From the NCBI GenBank assembly GCA_018823885.1, contig JAHJHG010000009.1, positions 783 through 64,782 on the forward strand: 64,000 nucleotides of DNA, read 5' to 3'. Below are positions 47,376-58,033 of this stretch, one piece after another. Source of the stretch: Patescibacteria group bacterium. Lineage in GTDB: Bacteria; Patescibacteriota; Microgenomatia; UBA8517. Position numbers and translations under genes: made by a program. Within the stretch, counting starts at the first letter, position 1. Every line of letters starts with the position of its first letter. The notes under the pieces were generated by a model that saw nothing but the letters and a program-made list of their open reading frames with translations, was not told where the DNA came from and ran no database searches.

Positions 47376-48311
47376 TTAGGCAATAACCGACACGCCTCCG
47401 TATAGGATCCAAATTACAAGTGCTCCATAGAGAAAAACAGAAATAATAAGAGGCCGATCTGTCAATAAAAGCTTTTCAGGCGCTTCCGTTCTGCCTTCAA
47501 ATATAAGCGACTGATATCGCATGATTCCAAAAATAACAATAGGGATAGTAATCATCAACATTTTACTTATTGTTGTTGTGCGAGAAAGTTCCGCTAAGAA
47601 AAGCCAAACAGGGACAGTTGCTTTAGGAGATTCAAAAAAACTGTAAAGTGCCCAACTCATCCAAGCGGCGTTGCCAAACATGGTTACATAAGAGTTTAGG
47701 AGTTCTCTTTGATATATGTTTAGGCTTTTTCTGGTTACTTCCGAAGTTTTTTTGATGAGGTTTAGCTCGGCGCGCCTTTTTCCTGATGCCAGAAATAGGG
47801 CAACCGAGATTACGCAAAGTAAAAACCAAACGGAGAGGTGGGCATTGATAACAAAGGCTCCAGCATACACTCTGATGATAAAGCCAGCGGCGATAATAAG
47901 GATGTCGATAATAGCGATATTTTTAAGACCTAAACTGTAGGCTATTTGAAAGATAATGTAGGTCAAAACCAAAAAGAAAAATAATGAATTTAGACAAGCA
48001 GACAAATAAAGAGCAACCACAGCGAAAGAAAAGGCTACAGATAAAGCAATAGGAATAGCCAGTTTTCCAGAAGCGATTGGTCGATTCTTCTTTATGGGGT
48101 GAAGTCTGTCCAGTTTAACATCGAGAACGTCATTGAAAATATAAGCAGCTGAACAGGCAAAATTAAAAGCAATAAAAGCCCAAAGGACTCTTGTAAAAGG
48201 AACGCTTAAGAATAGCTGGCGACTAAAAATAAGGGCGGCAAAAAGCGCCAAGTTTTTGACCCAATGAATTGGCCTTGATACTTTAATTATTTGGGTCGGT
48301 AGGTTAGCCAT
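47376..48311 (-). CDS. UbiA-family prenyltransferase (decaprenyl-phosphate phosphoribosyltransferase-like)
   Basis: NDVLDVKLDR (NDxxDxxxD) motif. 8-9 TM helices. Confidence 0.6.
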   Translation of the reverse strand: MANLPTQIIKVSRPIHWVKNLALFAALIFSRQLFLSVPFTRVLWAFIAFNFACSAAYIFNDVLDVKLDRLHPIKKNRPIASGKLAIPIALSVAFSFAVVALYLSACLNSLFFFLVLTYIIFQIAYSLGLKNIAIIDILIIAAGFIIRVYAGAFVINAHLSVWFLLCVISVALFLASGKRRAELNLIKKTSEVTRKSLNIYQRELLNSYVTMFGNAAWMSWALYSFFESPKATVPVWLFLAELSRTTTISKMLMITIPIVIFGIMRYQSLIFEGRTEAPEKLLLTDRPLIISVFLYGALVIWILYGGVSVIA

Positions 48312-49354
48312 AATAGTAAGCCTCCAATCAGAATTGCTACTCCGATAATTGTATAGAACTTAGTGGAGGTGTTCAAATATAGGGCCAGGACACCAAGGAG
48401 GGCGGTTGAGGTCCAATAGAGATAAACGACCTGTTTTTTGGAAAGGCCGGTATCCAGAAGTTTATGATGAAGGTGTTTGCGATCGCCCCACACAGGTGAC
48501 TTCCCGGCCATTATTCGTCGCACAATAGTGTAGCCAGTATCAACCAATGGTATTCCAAGTACCACCACTAAAGTTCCTACCTTGGTAGTTGACAGAATTG
48601 ATAATATGGCCAATAAATACCCTGCCAAAATAGAACCACTATATCCAGGCATTATTTTTTGAGGGTAGAAATTCCAGGGTAAAAAACCCAGGAAGGCTCC
48701 TGCTGTAATTGCTGCCAAAATAATTACTGGCCATTGGGTAATATCGGCGGAGAATTTTAGAGAAAGAGCTGCTATTGTAATTGCAGCGATGGCGGCTACC
48801 CCAGGAAGTTGTCCATCTATCCCTTTTGCTCCCATATTAAGGATATTCATCATAAATACAATCCAGAATAGGGCAAAAATATCAGAAATAACCCAAATTG
48901 TTCGAGTCCCCCCAAAAAGTTCAAAGGCTATTTGGGGGTGAGATAAATCAATGATGCCATTAATTGGACTGGAGATAAAGGAAATTCCAATGCCTGCAAT
49001 TATCGGCAGTCCTGCCGCAAAAAAGCTGACCCCCAACCTTAAATAGGGATTAATATCATATTTATCGTCCAAAACTCCCATTATTGTTAAGACAATCGCT
49101 CCGGCCAGTATTCCCTTGAGATGTTTATCGAGCGGAAGAAAAGCAATACTTGCAACAAAAACGGCAATAAATATGGCCAACCCCCCTACCCGAGGTACAG
49201 GGTATGTGTGAATTTTTTTGGGATGTTTTGATTTCTTAGGGTCATCTATCATCCCGAATTTGTTAGCAAGTTTAATTACAAAAGGAGTGATGAAATAGGC
49301 TATAACAAGAGATGTTAGACCCGACAATATTGCTAGCGTAGAAATATTAAACAT
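48287..49354 (-). CDS. Polyprenol-phosphate sugar-1-phosphate transferase (MraY/WecA family, GT4)
   Basis: VLDDKYDINPYLRLG and NMGAKGIDGQLPG motifs. About 10 TM helices. Confidence 0.6.
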   Translation of the reverse strand: MFNISTLAILSGLTSLVIAYFITPFVIKLANKFGMIDDPKKSKHPKKIHTYPVPRVGGLAIFIAVFVASIAFLPLDKHLKGILAGAIVLTIMGVLDDKYDINPYLRLGVSFFAAGLPIIAGIGISFISSPINGIIDLSHPQIAFELFGGTRTIWVISDIFALFWIVFMMNILNMGAKGIDGQLPGVAAIAAITIAALSLKFSADITQWPVIILAAITAGAFLGFLPWNFYPQKIMPGYSGSILAGYLLAILSILSTTKVGTLVVVLGIPLVDTGYTIVRRIMAGKSPVWGDRKHLHHKLLDTGLSKKQVVYLYWTSTALLGVLALYLNTSTKFYTIIGVAILIGGLLLWLTYRPK

Positions 49355-49357
49355 AAA

Positions 49358-49810
49358 CTAAAAACCAATCATTAGCAGCGCGATTTTAATTGTGGTAGTG
49401 GCTGAGAAAATTGTTAATCCTACGGCCGTTATGATAAGGACTTTTTTGAAAAACTCCTCTTTCAATAAATATGAAATAAAAATATTGAGGACGATTACCA
49501 ATAGAGAGATAAGACTGGGTATGGTCAAAGACAGGGATGAAACAAGTTGGGACTCTCCTTCCGGAAGCCCGTAAAGAAGAGGAACTTGTGGAGGGAAAAA
49601 ACCTTGCAATAAAAGAATGATTAGGATGATTAATATGTTGGCGGCAACGGCGATGATTAGAGGATTTTTAAAAGGAATGTTCTCGATCAATGCATCTTTG
49701 TTTTTGGCGATTTTTTCGTCCCAAAGCTTTTTAACCCTTTTACTTGGAAAATAGATTTTTTCAGCCTTTTTTTGTTTTTTCTTCATCTTCAGGGCTAAAT
49801 AGTAAATCAA
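49358..49810 (-). CDS. Small polytopic membrane protein (hypothetical)
   Basis: 150 aa, 3-4 TM helices, coupled to flanking glycosyltransferase genes. Confidence 0.35.
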   Translation of the reverse strand: MIYYLALKMKKKQKKAEKIYFPSKRVKKLWDEKIAKNKDALIENIPFKNPLIIAVAANILIILIILLLQGFFPPQVPLLYGLPEGESQLVSSLSLTIPSLISLLVIVLNIFISYLLKEEFFKKVLIITAVGLTIFSATTTIKIALLMIGF

Positions 49811-51333
49811 AAGTAACTTGGAGGCAATGATGCTTTTATTTCAGGAGAGATTTGATTCCAGACTTCCGCCCCCTTGATTGTAGAAACAAGAATATAATTT
49901 TCTCTCAGTAGAATAGCAAGTTCTGGAAAAGGCGAGGATATTGGCAGTATAACGATTTGCTTCGGAGGATTCATTTTTAAAGCAATGATAGTTTCTTCCG
50001 GACTTGAAAAATCCTTTATGTGATAACTTGCTACGTATTTCATGGGTGGAAGCCTGCGAGATAGCGCATAGACCATTGAACTGTTCTCGCCCCAGACAAA
50101 TACCTTATCCGACTTTGTCGTTGATTGGGCAAGGAGTGTGGCTATTTCATAATTTCTTATTATGTGTCCACCAAAACTATTGAGATATTCTTCCTGAGTT
50201 GTGTTGCCTGTTGCGAATTTAGCAAACCGGACATAATAGGCGGTGGTTGAATAGTGCCAGTTATTAAGATAAACAGGAACAAGTAAGGCAACGGTTAGCG
50301 GAATTATTGAAAAAGACTGCTCTACTGTTTTTTGGGTAAATAAAATTCCAATCAAAAGTGAAACTGCTGGAACAGCCTGTAGAAGATAGTGGGGGTATGG
50401 GCGCTCAGACAAACTTGCCGCAAAAAGATTCAATAGCAACCAGGCCGTGACAAATATAAATTGATTTGAAAGCTTTTTTCTTTTCCAATATAGAATAACC
50501 ATTCCTATTGCAACTATCCCTGCCCGAATTAAAAGTGGGCCGTTTTTTACTAAAAAGGGATCGACCGCGTCATCGGGCCTCCAGCTACTTAAGTAGCCAA
50601 AGTTTTGCAAGAAAGCGGCAATGAGATATTCACTAAAGGCTCCTCTGGCAAAGAACCAAACAAAAGTTGCTGCAATTGGGGCAATAAAGCCAATAGAGAG
50701 ATAAAGAGTGTTTCTAGCAATGACTTTTAGTTTTTTTGTTTTTAGGCCGGCTACTGCTATCCAAAGAAAGATTATTGCAGGAATATCAAAAGCAGCAGGA
50801 ACTTTGAAAAGAGTGGCTATCGAAAAGAGAACGCCAGCGGTAAAAAGATTTTTGAAATTAAGCCTTTTACTTAAAAGAATTAGAAAGGCGGCAATAATCG
50901 GACCAATCATGAAATTTTCTGCGTTTGCAATATGTCCCTCTAGAAGAGGAATTGTTGTTAATAAAGCGAAAACTCCTGTTGATACCTTTTGGAGTTTTAT
51001 TGACTTAGGGAAAAGAGCCTTACTGAGTTTCCAGAAAAGGACGACCGTTATTAAGCTCCAGGCAGCCAGAATTACTTTAAACCAAAAAAGATTTCCGGCA
51101 ACGGCGGCTGTTAGATATAAAAGGGGAGGTTTATTATCATGAATTCCGCCATAGAGAGGTATTCCTTGTCTTACCGCTTCTCCTAATGAAAGATATATCA
51201 TTTCATCGCCATACGAGTAAGGTTCTATGAAGTTGGGGATTCTAAATAACAACACAAGAGCGAGGAGGATGGTTAACCACAGCGGGAGATGAATTTTGTC
51301 TAGAAACTTATTTATGGACTTTTTTGATACCAT
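49807..51333 (-). CDS. GT-C fold glycosyltransferase (ArnT/PMT family, GT39/83-like)
   Basis: First extracytoplasmic loop YSYGDEMIY (DE motif). At least 11 TM helices. Confidence 0.55.
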   Translation of the reverse strand: MVSKKSINKFLDKIHLPLWLTILLALVLLFRIPNFIEPYSYGDEMIYLSLGEAVRQGIPLYGGIHDNKPPLLYLTAAVAGNLFWFKVILAAWSLITVVLFWKLSKALFPKSIKLQKVSTGVFALLTTIPLLEGHIANAENFMIGPIIAAFLILLSKRLNFKNLFTAGVLFSIATLFKVPAAFDIPAIIFLWIAVAGLKTKKLKVIARNTLYLSIGFIAPIAATFVWFFARGAFSEYLIAAFLQNFGYLSSWRPDDAVDPFLVKNGPLLIRAGIVAIGMVILYWKRKKLSNQFIFVTAWLLLNLFAASLSERPYPHYLLQAVPAVSLLIGILFTQKTVEQSFSIIPLTVALLVPVYLNNWHYSTTAYYVRFAKFATGNTTQEEYLNSFGGHIIRNYEIATLLAQSTTKSDKVFVWGENSSMVYALSRRLPPMKYVASYHIKDFSSPEETIIALKMNPPKQIVILPISSPFPELAILLRENYILVSTIKGAEVWNQISPEIKASLPPSYF

Positions 51334-52631
51334 ACAAATTTAAGTTCGCCGAAGGTAGCAGGTTCACTTTCAGTATAGTTGGGCAGATCAATTTCATCAA
51401 CCGAGCCACTTGTCACAACACCGATTCTTTCTGCCTCCTTGGGAATTTCGCGCAATATATCCTTCTCTACCATTTGAGCAGTGCCGACATAAAAAGGCAA
51501 TTCTCCCTCAGGTACATATATCGGTGCAGGAATTTCGTAATATATTGTTTCCCACAAATGATGAGCACCTGAGTTCCAGTTAATTAAGAAATCTCCTTCT
51601 TGTTGTGTTTCTTTTACATAACTGGAGAGTGCCTTAAAAGGCCTTTTTGCGGGGTGTGTGAAGTAGTTATAATCAATGACCATAAAGAGAATAAGCAATG
51701 CAGCGATCAAGACATTTGAGACAGGCTTTCTCCAGTTTGAGGCCAAGAGCAACATTGCTCCTGGGATAGCGTATAAAAGATATCGATTAAAGAATATCGA
51801 CTGGAATTTTTGAGAAACAATCCAGGCTAAGGCTATTGGCAACAGAAACCAAAAGATAAGAAAAAGACTTTTTTGAAAACTTTTTGTCCAACGTCTTGTA
51901 ACGAGGATGACATAAGTGATATAAAGCGCCGGTATAGCAAAAGCGTGCTTGATGCCAATTGCCAAATATTCATTAATTACTCCCCCAAAGTCTTTCAGAG
52001 TTGGAGTCCCCAACCAAAATCCACCCCCGACTCTGTTAACTTGGTTGTAAAGCGGAATTATCCAAGGAAGGTAAAGGATACCAACGACAACAAATGATTT
52101 AAACATACTTACAGCAACCTTCCGTTTTCCGAAAAAATATTCGTACAAAAACCAAAGCCCCTGTACAAAAAGAGCAAAGATGGCAAAATGGTGAGAATAC
52201 AGTGCCCAAGCAGTTGCAATAACATATCCGACCCAGTTTCGTTTCAAGAAAAAGTACATGGAGGCAGCAACTCCGAGAGCCATAATGGAATACATCCTTC
52301 CTTCAAAGGCATAAATGAAAAAGAAAGGGTTTAAGAAGGAAAGGGTAGCTGCAACAAGTCCTGTTTTTTTATTCCAGAGAAAACTGCCAATTTTATAAAC
52401 GAAAAATATTGTTAAAACGTAAAACAAAAATGATAGAGAGCGAATGGCTATTTCACTTGAGCCAAAAAGATTAAACCAAAGATGCTCAATAATATTGTAG
52501 AGCGGTGGATAAGTGTCTCGGGCGGAGACATCAATTATTCTTAAAAGAGAAGCTTTTGAAAGAACGGCACTAAAAGCTTCATCGCCCCAAAGGCTGGCAG
52601 TGAACTGATTAGGCATTAATTCAGTATACAA
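51312..52631 (-). CDS. GT-C fold glycosyltransferase (ArnT/PMT family), paralog
   Basis: SLWGDEAFS DE motif after TM1. Polytopic. Confidence 0.55.
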   Translation of the reverse strand: MYTELMPNQFTASLWGDEAFSAVLSKASLLRIIDVSARDTYPPLYNIIEHLWFNLFGSSEIAIRSLSFLFYVLTIFFVYKIGSFLWNKKTGLVAATLSFLNPFFFIYAFEGRMYSIMALGVAASMYFFLKRNWVGYVIATAWALYSHHFAIFALFVQGLWFLYEYFFGKRKVAVSMFKSFVVVGILYLPWIIPLYNQVNRVGGGFWLGTPTLKDFGGVINEYLAIGIKHAFAIPALYITYVILVTRRWTKSFQKSLFLIFWFLLPIALAWIVSQKFQSIFFNRYLLYAIPGAMLLLASNWRKPVSNVLIAALLILFMVIDYNYFTHPAKRPFKALSSYVKETQQEGDFLINWNSGAHHLWETIYYEIPAPIYVPEGELPFYVGTAQMVEKDILREIPKEAERIGVVTSGSVDEIDLPNYTESEPATFGELKFVWYQKSP

Positions 52632-52638
52632 TATCTAT

Positions 52639-53070
52639 ATGGACCATTTGGCGATAATGAAGAAGAGTTGGGGTTTTACTCAAAAGATTTTGGATGGCGA
52701 AAAAACACTCGAGAGTAGATGGTATAAAACAAGGAGAGTTCCCTGGGGAAAAATAAAAAAGGACGATGCAGTGTATTTCAAAAATTCGGGAGAACTGACA
52801 ACAGCTAAAGCCATTGTCTCAAAGGTGATTGAATTTGAAGAATTAACTCCAAGAAAAGTTAAAGGAATTTTAGATAGACATTGGAAAGATCTTGGAATTT
52901 CAAAAGAGGAGCTTCCCGATTTTTATAAGAGATTTAAGAATAAAAAATATTGTATTTTAATTTTTCTTAAAAACCCAAGAAAAGTGACGCCATTTAAAAT
53001 TAGTAAAAAAGGTTTTGGCGCAATGGCTTCTTGGATTTGTATCGAGGATATTAAAAGACTTAAATCTTAA
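52639..53070 (+). CDS. ASCH (PUA-like) domain protein
   Basis: ILDGEKTLESRWYK block typical of ASCH. Confidence 0.4.
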   Translation: MDHLAIMKKSWGFTQKILDGEKTLESRWYKTRRVPWGKIKKDDAVYFKNSGELTTAKAIVSKVIEFEELTPRKVKGILDRHWKDLGISKEELPDFYKRFKNKKYCILIFLKNPRKVTPFKISKKGFGAMASWICIEDIKRLKS

Positions 53071-54575
53071 ACTTTCTCAGTTACCCTGTATTCTAGTCTT
53101 TTTCCCAACATTAACATCGTTTGAGCATGGAGACCAGGAAGGACAGATAAAGGAAGTGTCACAATTGGTAAAGTAACCCATTGGACTATTTCTTTTAAAA
53201 CATCAAAAACTGTTTTTGGTCTCGCTTCTTTGGGTCTAAGAGAAAGGTCCACCATGACCATAACGACAAGAGCGACAAGACAAACGGTTAAAACTGTTTG
53301 AGCAACTCTTGGAAGGCTGAAGCCAAGCGAAGTTCTTGAAAATGCAGGGTTAATAATAGTAGGCAAAGTTGCACCGAGGGTTAAAAGGAACCAGTTGGTA
53401 GACCAAATAACATGGGTTTCAACAATTTTATAGATTCTAAAAGCCCTAGTAAGAAGCGGAATTTCAGTATGCTTCATTGACTCTTTTATTGCGAAGGGTA
53501 AGTCGGTTGCGCCCCAAGCATGTCTCTTGCATTGTTCGTATCTATTTTTCAGTGAACCAAACCAGCTTTTTGCTTCAGGTGCGTCGATGCTTGTTGGTAA
53601 ATATATTGGTTCAACTTGAATTAGTCCTTTATTTTCAAAAAAGGTTTGAAGGAAAAGATGCCAGTCTTCGGGGATGATATCTGTGTGCCAATAACCAACA
53701 CCGTGCAAAAGCTTAAAAGATAAAGAATAACAGGAATAATTAAAGATTAGTCTGCTTGGCTCCTGTAGGTCAGATAAGTGAATTGCATGACCAATGATTC
53801 CAATCATCTTAATTGGGAAAGGCACGCGATGTAAATTGTTGTACCAAAAAATTGGTGATTGCCAGAATTTAAGATAACGATCGGAATCCATCGCGAAATG
53901 ATAGGTTAGGCTGGCAAAATATTTGGAGTGGAATTTTGCATCAGCGTCACAAGATGTGACTGTTACATGTCCTAGGGGAATTCCTTTTTTGTCTAGTACT
54001 TTTTTGGCTTCTTTGGCCGCCCAGGCCTCATTTGATGCTTTTCCTCTCACTTCGCCTGAAATATTGTCGGGGTGATAAGTTGCGGTAAGAAAACCAAATT
54101 GATCTTTGTATTTTTTAATAAGATTTGCTGCTCTCTCTTTTGCGCCTGGAGCTCTTGCTTCCATTGCTAAAAAAACGAACATGGAGTTTTTATCAATTTG
54201 TTTTTGCCCGGCAAATGCTTGAAGTGATTTTGAAAGAACCTCTTCCGACTCATTATAGTTGGGAACGATTACAACGTGTTTTATCTCGTTCCAGTCAAGG
54301 GAGTTGACTGTTTTTTCCTTTTTCCACCTTCTTGGCCAACTTATGGTTTCCCAGTCTTTTAGAATGAAGTACCCCTTAAAACTGAAGAATGCCGATTTAA
54401 ATGATTTATAAAACCAGAAAGCTAAAAAAGCAATGATTCCGTAGGCAATGACATTAGGCGCAATTAAGCCTCCTATTGCAGGAGCTAAAATTATTGACCA
54501 AGCGACAAAGCCTGGAAGAATTTCCAGAAATCTATGAAATCTTTTTTCGTATTTACCCAAGAGTAGTTTTTTCAT
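53067..54575 (-). CDS. Membrane-embedded family 2 glycosyltransferase (synthase-like)
   Basis: VVIVPNYNESEEV and SCDADAKF (DxD) motifs. TM helices at both N- and C-termini. Confidence 0.55.
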   Translation of the reverse strand: MKKLLLGKYEKRFHRFLEILPGFVAWSIILAPAIGGLIAPNVIAYGIIAFLAFWFYKSFKSAFFSFKGYFILKDWETISWPRRWKKEKTVNSLDWNEIKHVVIVPNYNESEEVLSKSLQAFAGQKQIDKNSMFVFLAMEARAPGAKERAANLIKKYKDQFGFLTATYHPDNISGEVRGKASNEAWAAKEAKKVLDKKGIPLGHVTVTSCDADAKFHSKYFASLTYHFAMDSDRYLKFWQSPIFWYNNLHRVPFPIKMIGIIGHAIHLSDLQEPSRLIFNYSCYSLSFKLLHGVGYWHTDIIPEDWHLFLQTFFENKGLIQVEPIYLPTSIDAPEAKSWFGSLKNRYEQCKRHAWGATDLPFAIKESMKHTEIPLLTRAFRIYKIVETHVIWSTNWFLLTLGATLPTIINPAFSRTSLGFSLPRVAQTVLTVCLVALVVMVMVDLSLRPKEARPKTVFDVLKEIVQWVTLPIVTLPLSVLPGLHAQTMLMLGKRLEYRVTEKV

Positions 54576-54658
54576 AATAATTTAAGCTAGAAAGGATTAG
54601 CTTGAAACAGCTATTTATGCCCAAAGTATTTTACACTACAGGCTGGTTTGCTACAAAT

Positions 54659-56083
54659 TCAGGTAAGGCGAGGGAAAAGCGGCTTCCCCGCATTTATTTT
54701 AGGTCCGGCGAATTGTTTTTCAATTTTTTCTGCAGTTTCTGGCAAGAAAGGTTTTAGGTTGTAGGCGATATCCCTAATAGTCGATACGGCATTTTCAAGA
54801 TTTTCTTTAAGTTTGCTCCCCTCCAATTCCCATGGACGGGCTTTTTCTATCTTTTGGTCTAGTTTTTTAATATCGGTCCAAATTTTCTCGAGCGCGCGGT
54901 CAAACCTGTAGTTGTCAAAAGCTTTTTTGACCCCTGTGCTTATTTGGATTTCTATGTTTTCGAAAGACCCTTCCGATTTTTCGCATAATTTGGCAACTCT
55001 GGCGATTAAGTTTCCAAGACCATTTGCCAAATCGGAATTATATACATGTCTTAGTTTTTTTTCTGAAAAGTCACCATCAGTGAAAGGATTAAATTTTGCC
55101 AGAAAGTAATATCGAAGCGCATCTGCACCATAAGTTTTTATTAAATATAGAGGATCAATTACATTTCCGATGCTTTTAGATATTTTTTGTCCGTCAACAG
55201 TAAAATATCCGTGAACAAAAATAGTTTTTGGTATCTCTAGTCCTGCAGACAAAAGGAAAGCTGGCCAATAAATGGCATGGAAACGAGTAATGCCTTTGCC
55301 GATTACATGTACGTCCGCAGGCCACCACTTTTTGTATTCCTTTTCGTCCCAGCCAAATCCAATACCTGACTGATATATGTTTAAGGCATCGAACCAAACA
55401 TATATTTTTTGGGTTGGGTCGTTTGGTACTGGAACGCCCCAATTTTTAGCTCTTTCGTTGGTTCTGGAAATGCTGATATCTTTAAGGCCTCCTTTAAGGA
55501 AAGACAAAACTTCGTTTTTTCTTGTTGTGGGGATTATTTTAAGTTCATCGCTTTCAATAAGCTTTATTAGTTGATCCTCGTACTTTGATAATTTGAAGAA
55601 GTAGTTTTCTTCCGCCACTTTTTGGAGTTTTTTCCCAGGATGTTCATGGCATTCTCCTTTTTCGTCCAGCTCTTCTGTGGAGTAAAAAGTTTCACAACCA
55701 ACACAATAAAGGCCTTCATATTTCTTTTTATATATGTCGCCGGCAGTTTCGCAAAGTTTCCATAATTTTTGACTTGAAGCGAAATGTTTTTCTTTATTAG
55801 ATCCTTTTTGCCACACATTAAATTCGGTGTTAAGTTCTTTTGTCAATTTATGAAAAATTTCTGTGTTTTTGTCGACGAATTTTTGAACTGGAATACCTGC
55901 AGTTTCAGCTGCTTGAACATTTTTTAATGCGTTTTCATCTCCTCCTGAAAGCATTAATGTACTCTCGCCCATGAGCTTGTGGAATCTTGCAATAACATCT
56001 GTTTGTACAAATTCCAACGCATGGCCGATGTGAGGCGCTGCGTTGACGTAAGGTATAGCTGCGGTGATATAGAATTTCTTCAT
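54659..56083 (-). CDS. metG: Methionyl-tRNA synthetase (compact form)
   Basis: AIPYVNAAPHIGHALEFVQTDVIARFHKLMG and KISKSIGNVIDP. CxxC...CxxH zinc knuckle. Confidence 0.8.
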   Translation of the reverse strand: MKKFYITAAIPYVNAAPHIGHALEFVQTDVIARFHKLMGESTLMLSGGDENALKNVQAAETAGIPVQKFVDKNTEIFHKLTKELNTEFNVWQKGSNKEKHFASSQKLWKLCETAGDIYKKKYEGLYCVGCETFYSTEELDEKGECHEHPGKKLQKVAEENYFFKLSKYEDQLIKLIESDELKIIPTTRKNEVLSFLKGGLKDISISRTNERAKNWGVPVPNDPTQKIYVWFDALNIYQSGIGFGWDEKEYKKWWPADVHVIGKGITRFHAIYWPAFLLSAGLEIPKTIFVHGYFTVDGQKISKSIGNVIDPLYLIKTYGADALRYYFLAKFNPFTDGDFSEKKLRHVYNSDLANGLGNLIARVAKLCEKSEGSFENIEIQISTGVKKAFDNYRFDRALEKIWTDIKKLDQKIEKARPWELEGSKLKENLENAVSTIRDIAYNLKPFLPETAEKIEKQFAGPKINAGKPLFPRLT

Positions 56084-56148
56084 GATATTAATAGTGTACA
56101 GAAAAACTTCTTACTTGAGGAGGTTGAATGCGATATTAAAAAGGGTTT

Positions 56149-56502
56149 TTATTCTCCTATAAATTTCTTAATTTTGTCAGCCCATTGATTGGCCCATTCT
56201 TCCGCCTCGATCTTTTTGATTGCCAGGCTAAAGCCGGGATTATTCAACAAAGATGAGACATCGGCTATTGTTGCGCTTGACACCTTTAGGTTTTCCCTAA
56301 TATTCGAGTAACTTCTCCCTTTCTTTAGCCAGTAGGCGATGGCTAATCGTTTCGCGAAAGTTTCTATTTCAGCATCCGTGAAGAAATTGTTTAAAAAAGT
56401 TTCTCCTTCATTTAAATTTTTGAAATCGGCCAAGGTTTGAGCAAGAGTTTTAATGATTTGTCGTTTTAAAGAGGGATTTAGTTTTCTGTCAGATGTTCTC
56501 AT
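56149..56502 (-). CDS. TrpR/YerC-like small DNA-binding protein (putative)
   Basis: 117 aa, helix-turn-helix-like RSYSNIRENLKVSSATIADV. Confidence 0.35.
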   Translation of the reverse strand: MRTSDRKLNPSLKRQIIKTLAQTLADFKNLNEGETFLNNFFTDAEIETFAKRLAIAYWLKKGRSYSNIRENLKVSSATIADVSSLLNNPGFSLAIKKIEAEEWANQWADKIKKFIGE

Positions 56503-56600
56503 TGCTGTTTAATTAATCAAAGAAGTAACTATTATTTTCAATATAGGCAGGAGCTAAACTGCAGTATAACAAGTTTTATTTACGAGTCAAGAAGCCGGGG

Positions 56601-56975
56601 CTAATGGGACCTGGAAAGATATAAGTCTGTAGTTATTCCAAGGCCAATTATTAGTAAAAAGTTTATTATGTTTCCAACTCCTAAATATCGTAACAATAAA
56701 AAGAGTGTTGCAGTGGAAGCAATAACTAAACCTCTTTTGGAATTTGCCAGAAGGGTGGAAAAAGTAAAAAGGAGGGCGATGAAGAATACTGAGAAAAACA
56801 AAGGAACAATACCGAGCGTGGACGGATTAATGAAGTAGATAATCGCTGCGATACCAAGCCAGGAAATAAAAGTAACAATTAAGGTTGGAAAGAAATTTTT
56901 TCTTCTCCTTATTTTTTTCCTTCTTCCATCAACAACATATGCAGTGTAGCGTTTGCTGGCAGGTTTTTTCTTCAT
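56601..56975 (-). CDS. Small polytopic membrane protein (hypothetical)
   Basis: 124 aa, K/R-rich N-terminus, 3 TM helices. Confidence 0.35.
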   Translation of the reverse strand: MKKKPASKRYTAYVVDGRRKKIRRRKNFFPTLIVTFISWLGIAAIIYFINPSTLGIVPLFFSVFFIALLFTFSTLLANSKRGLVIASTATLFLLLRYLGVGNIINFLLIIGLGITTDLYLSRSH

Positions 56976-57034
56976 AGTTATATTTTACCCGATAGTTGAA
57001 ATTTTCGTGAAGAGGTTGTGATAGAATTGGGCAT

Positions 57035-58033
57035 ATGGATCCGGTAATAGTGTTGGTAATTATTCTGGGGGGGCTTATTATTCTTGGTTTCCTGATTAAC
57101 AAACGACTAGTTGATTTAGCGGAAGGACAGAAGCCTTCAGATGAACTTTTGGAGATTATAAAGATGCTTCAGGAAGGTTCCAAAGAAGATAGGAAGGTGT
57201 TACTCTCCTCACTCCAGAAAAATACACAGTCGCTGAATGAGCGTCTTGACGCGGCCTCAAGGGTGATTGGACAGGTGCAAAGAAATGTTGGGGAAATGAG
57301 CGAGATAGGTCGCGGGATGAAAGATTTACAAGAATTTTTGAGAAGTCCAAAGATTCGTGGAAATGTTGGGGAGCAGGTTTTAAAAGAATTGCTTTCTCAA
57401 ATTCTTCCGAAGAAATCCTTTAACTTACAACATACTTTTAAATCTGGCGAGAAAGTTGATGCCGCCATAATAACTTCGGCAGGTATAATTCCCGTTGACT
57501 CTAAATTTCCGATGGAGAATTTCAGAAAGATGACGTCGGCAGAATCGGAGACGGAAAAGAAAACCCACAGTAAGCAATTTGAAAGGGATGTTAAAAGGCA
57601 TATTGACGTGATTTCAAAAAAATACATATTGACGGAAGAAGGAACAATTGATTATGCACTGATGTACATACCGGCAGAAAGTGTATATTACGAAGTTGTT
57701 AATAGTCCGACACTTTTTGATTACGGGGCCGCCAAAAGAGTGCTCCCTGTTTCTCCGACCACTTTTTATGCATACCTGAGGGCAATATTAATGAGTTTCG
57801 AAGGGCAAAAGATCGAGCAGAAAGCACGAGAAATACTGGCGGCGATTAGGGCGATTCAAAAAGATTATAATAAAGTAGAAGACAATATTTCTAAGCTCCA
57901 AAGGCATTTGAACAATGCTTATAATATGATGAGCAACGTGTTGACGTCCTTTACTCAATTGGGTCAGAAAATTACGTCAACGCAGAGTTTAGGCCATGGA
58001 GTTAAGGAGGAGGTTAAAAAACTAAAGGAATGA
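57035..58033 (+). CDS. rmuC: DNA recombination protein RmuC
   Basis: N-terminal TM plus coiled-coil. RmuC block IPVDSKFPMENF. Confidence 0.65.
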   Translation: MDPVIVLVIILGGLIILGFLINKRLVDLAEGQKPSDELLEIIKMLQEGSKEDRKVLLSSLQKNTQSLNERLDAASRVIGQVQRNVGEMSEIGRGMKDLQEFLRSPKIRGNVGEQVLKELLSQILPKKSFNLQHTFKSGEKVDAAIITSAGIIPVDSKFPMENFRKMTSAESETEKKTHSKQFERDVKRHIDVISKKYILTEEGTIDYALMYIPAESVYYEVVNSPTLFDYGAAKRVLPVSPTTFYAYLRAILMSFEGQKIEQKAREILAAIRAIQKDYNKVEDNISKLQRHLNNAYNMMSNVLTSFTQLGQKITSTQSLGHGVKEEVKKLKE

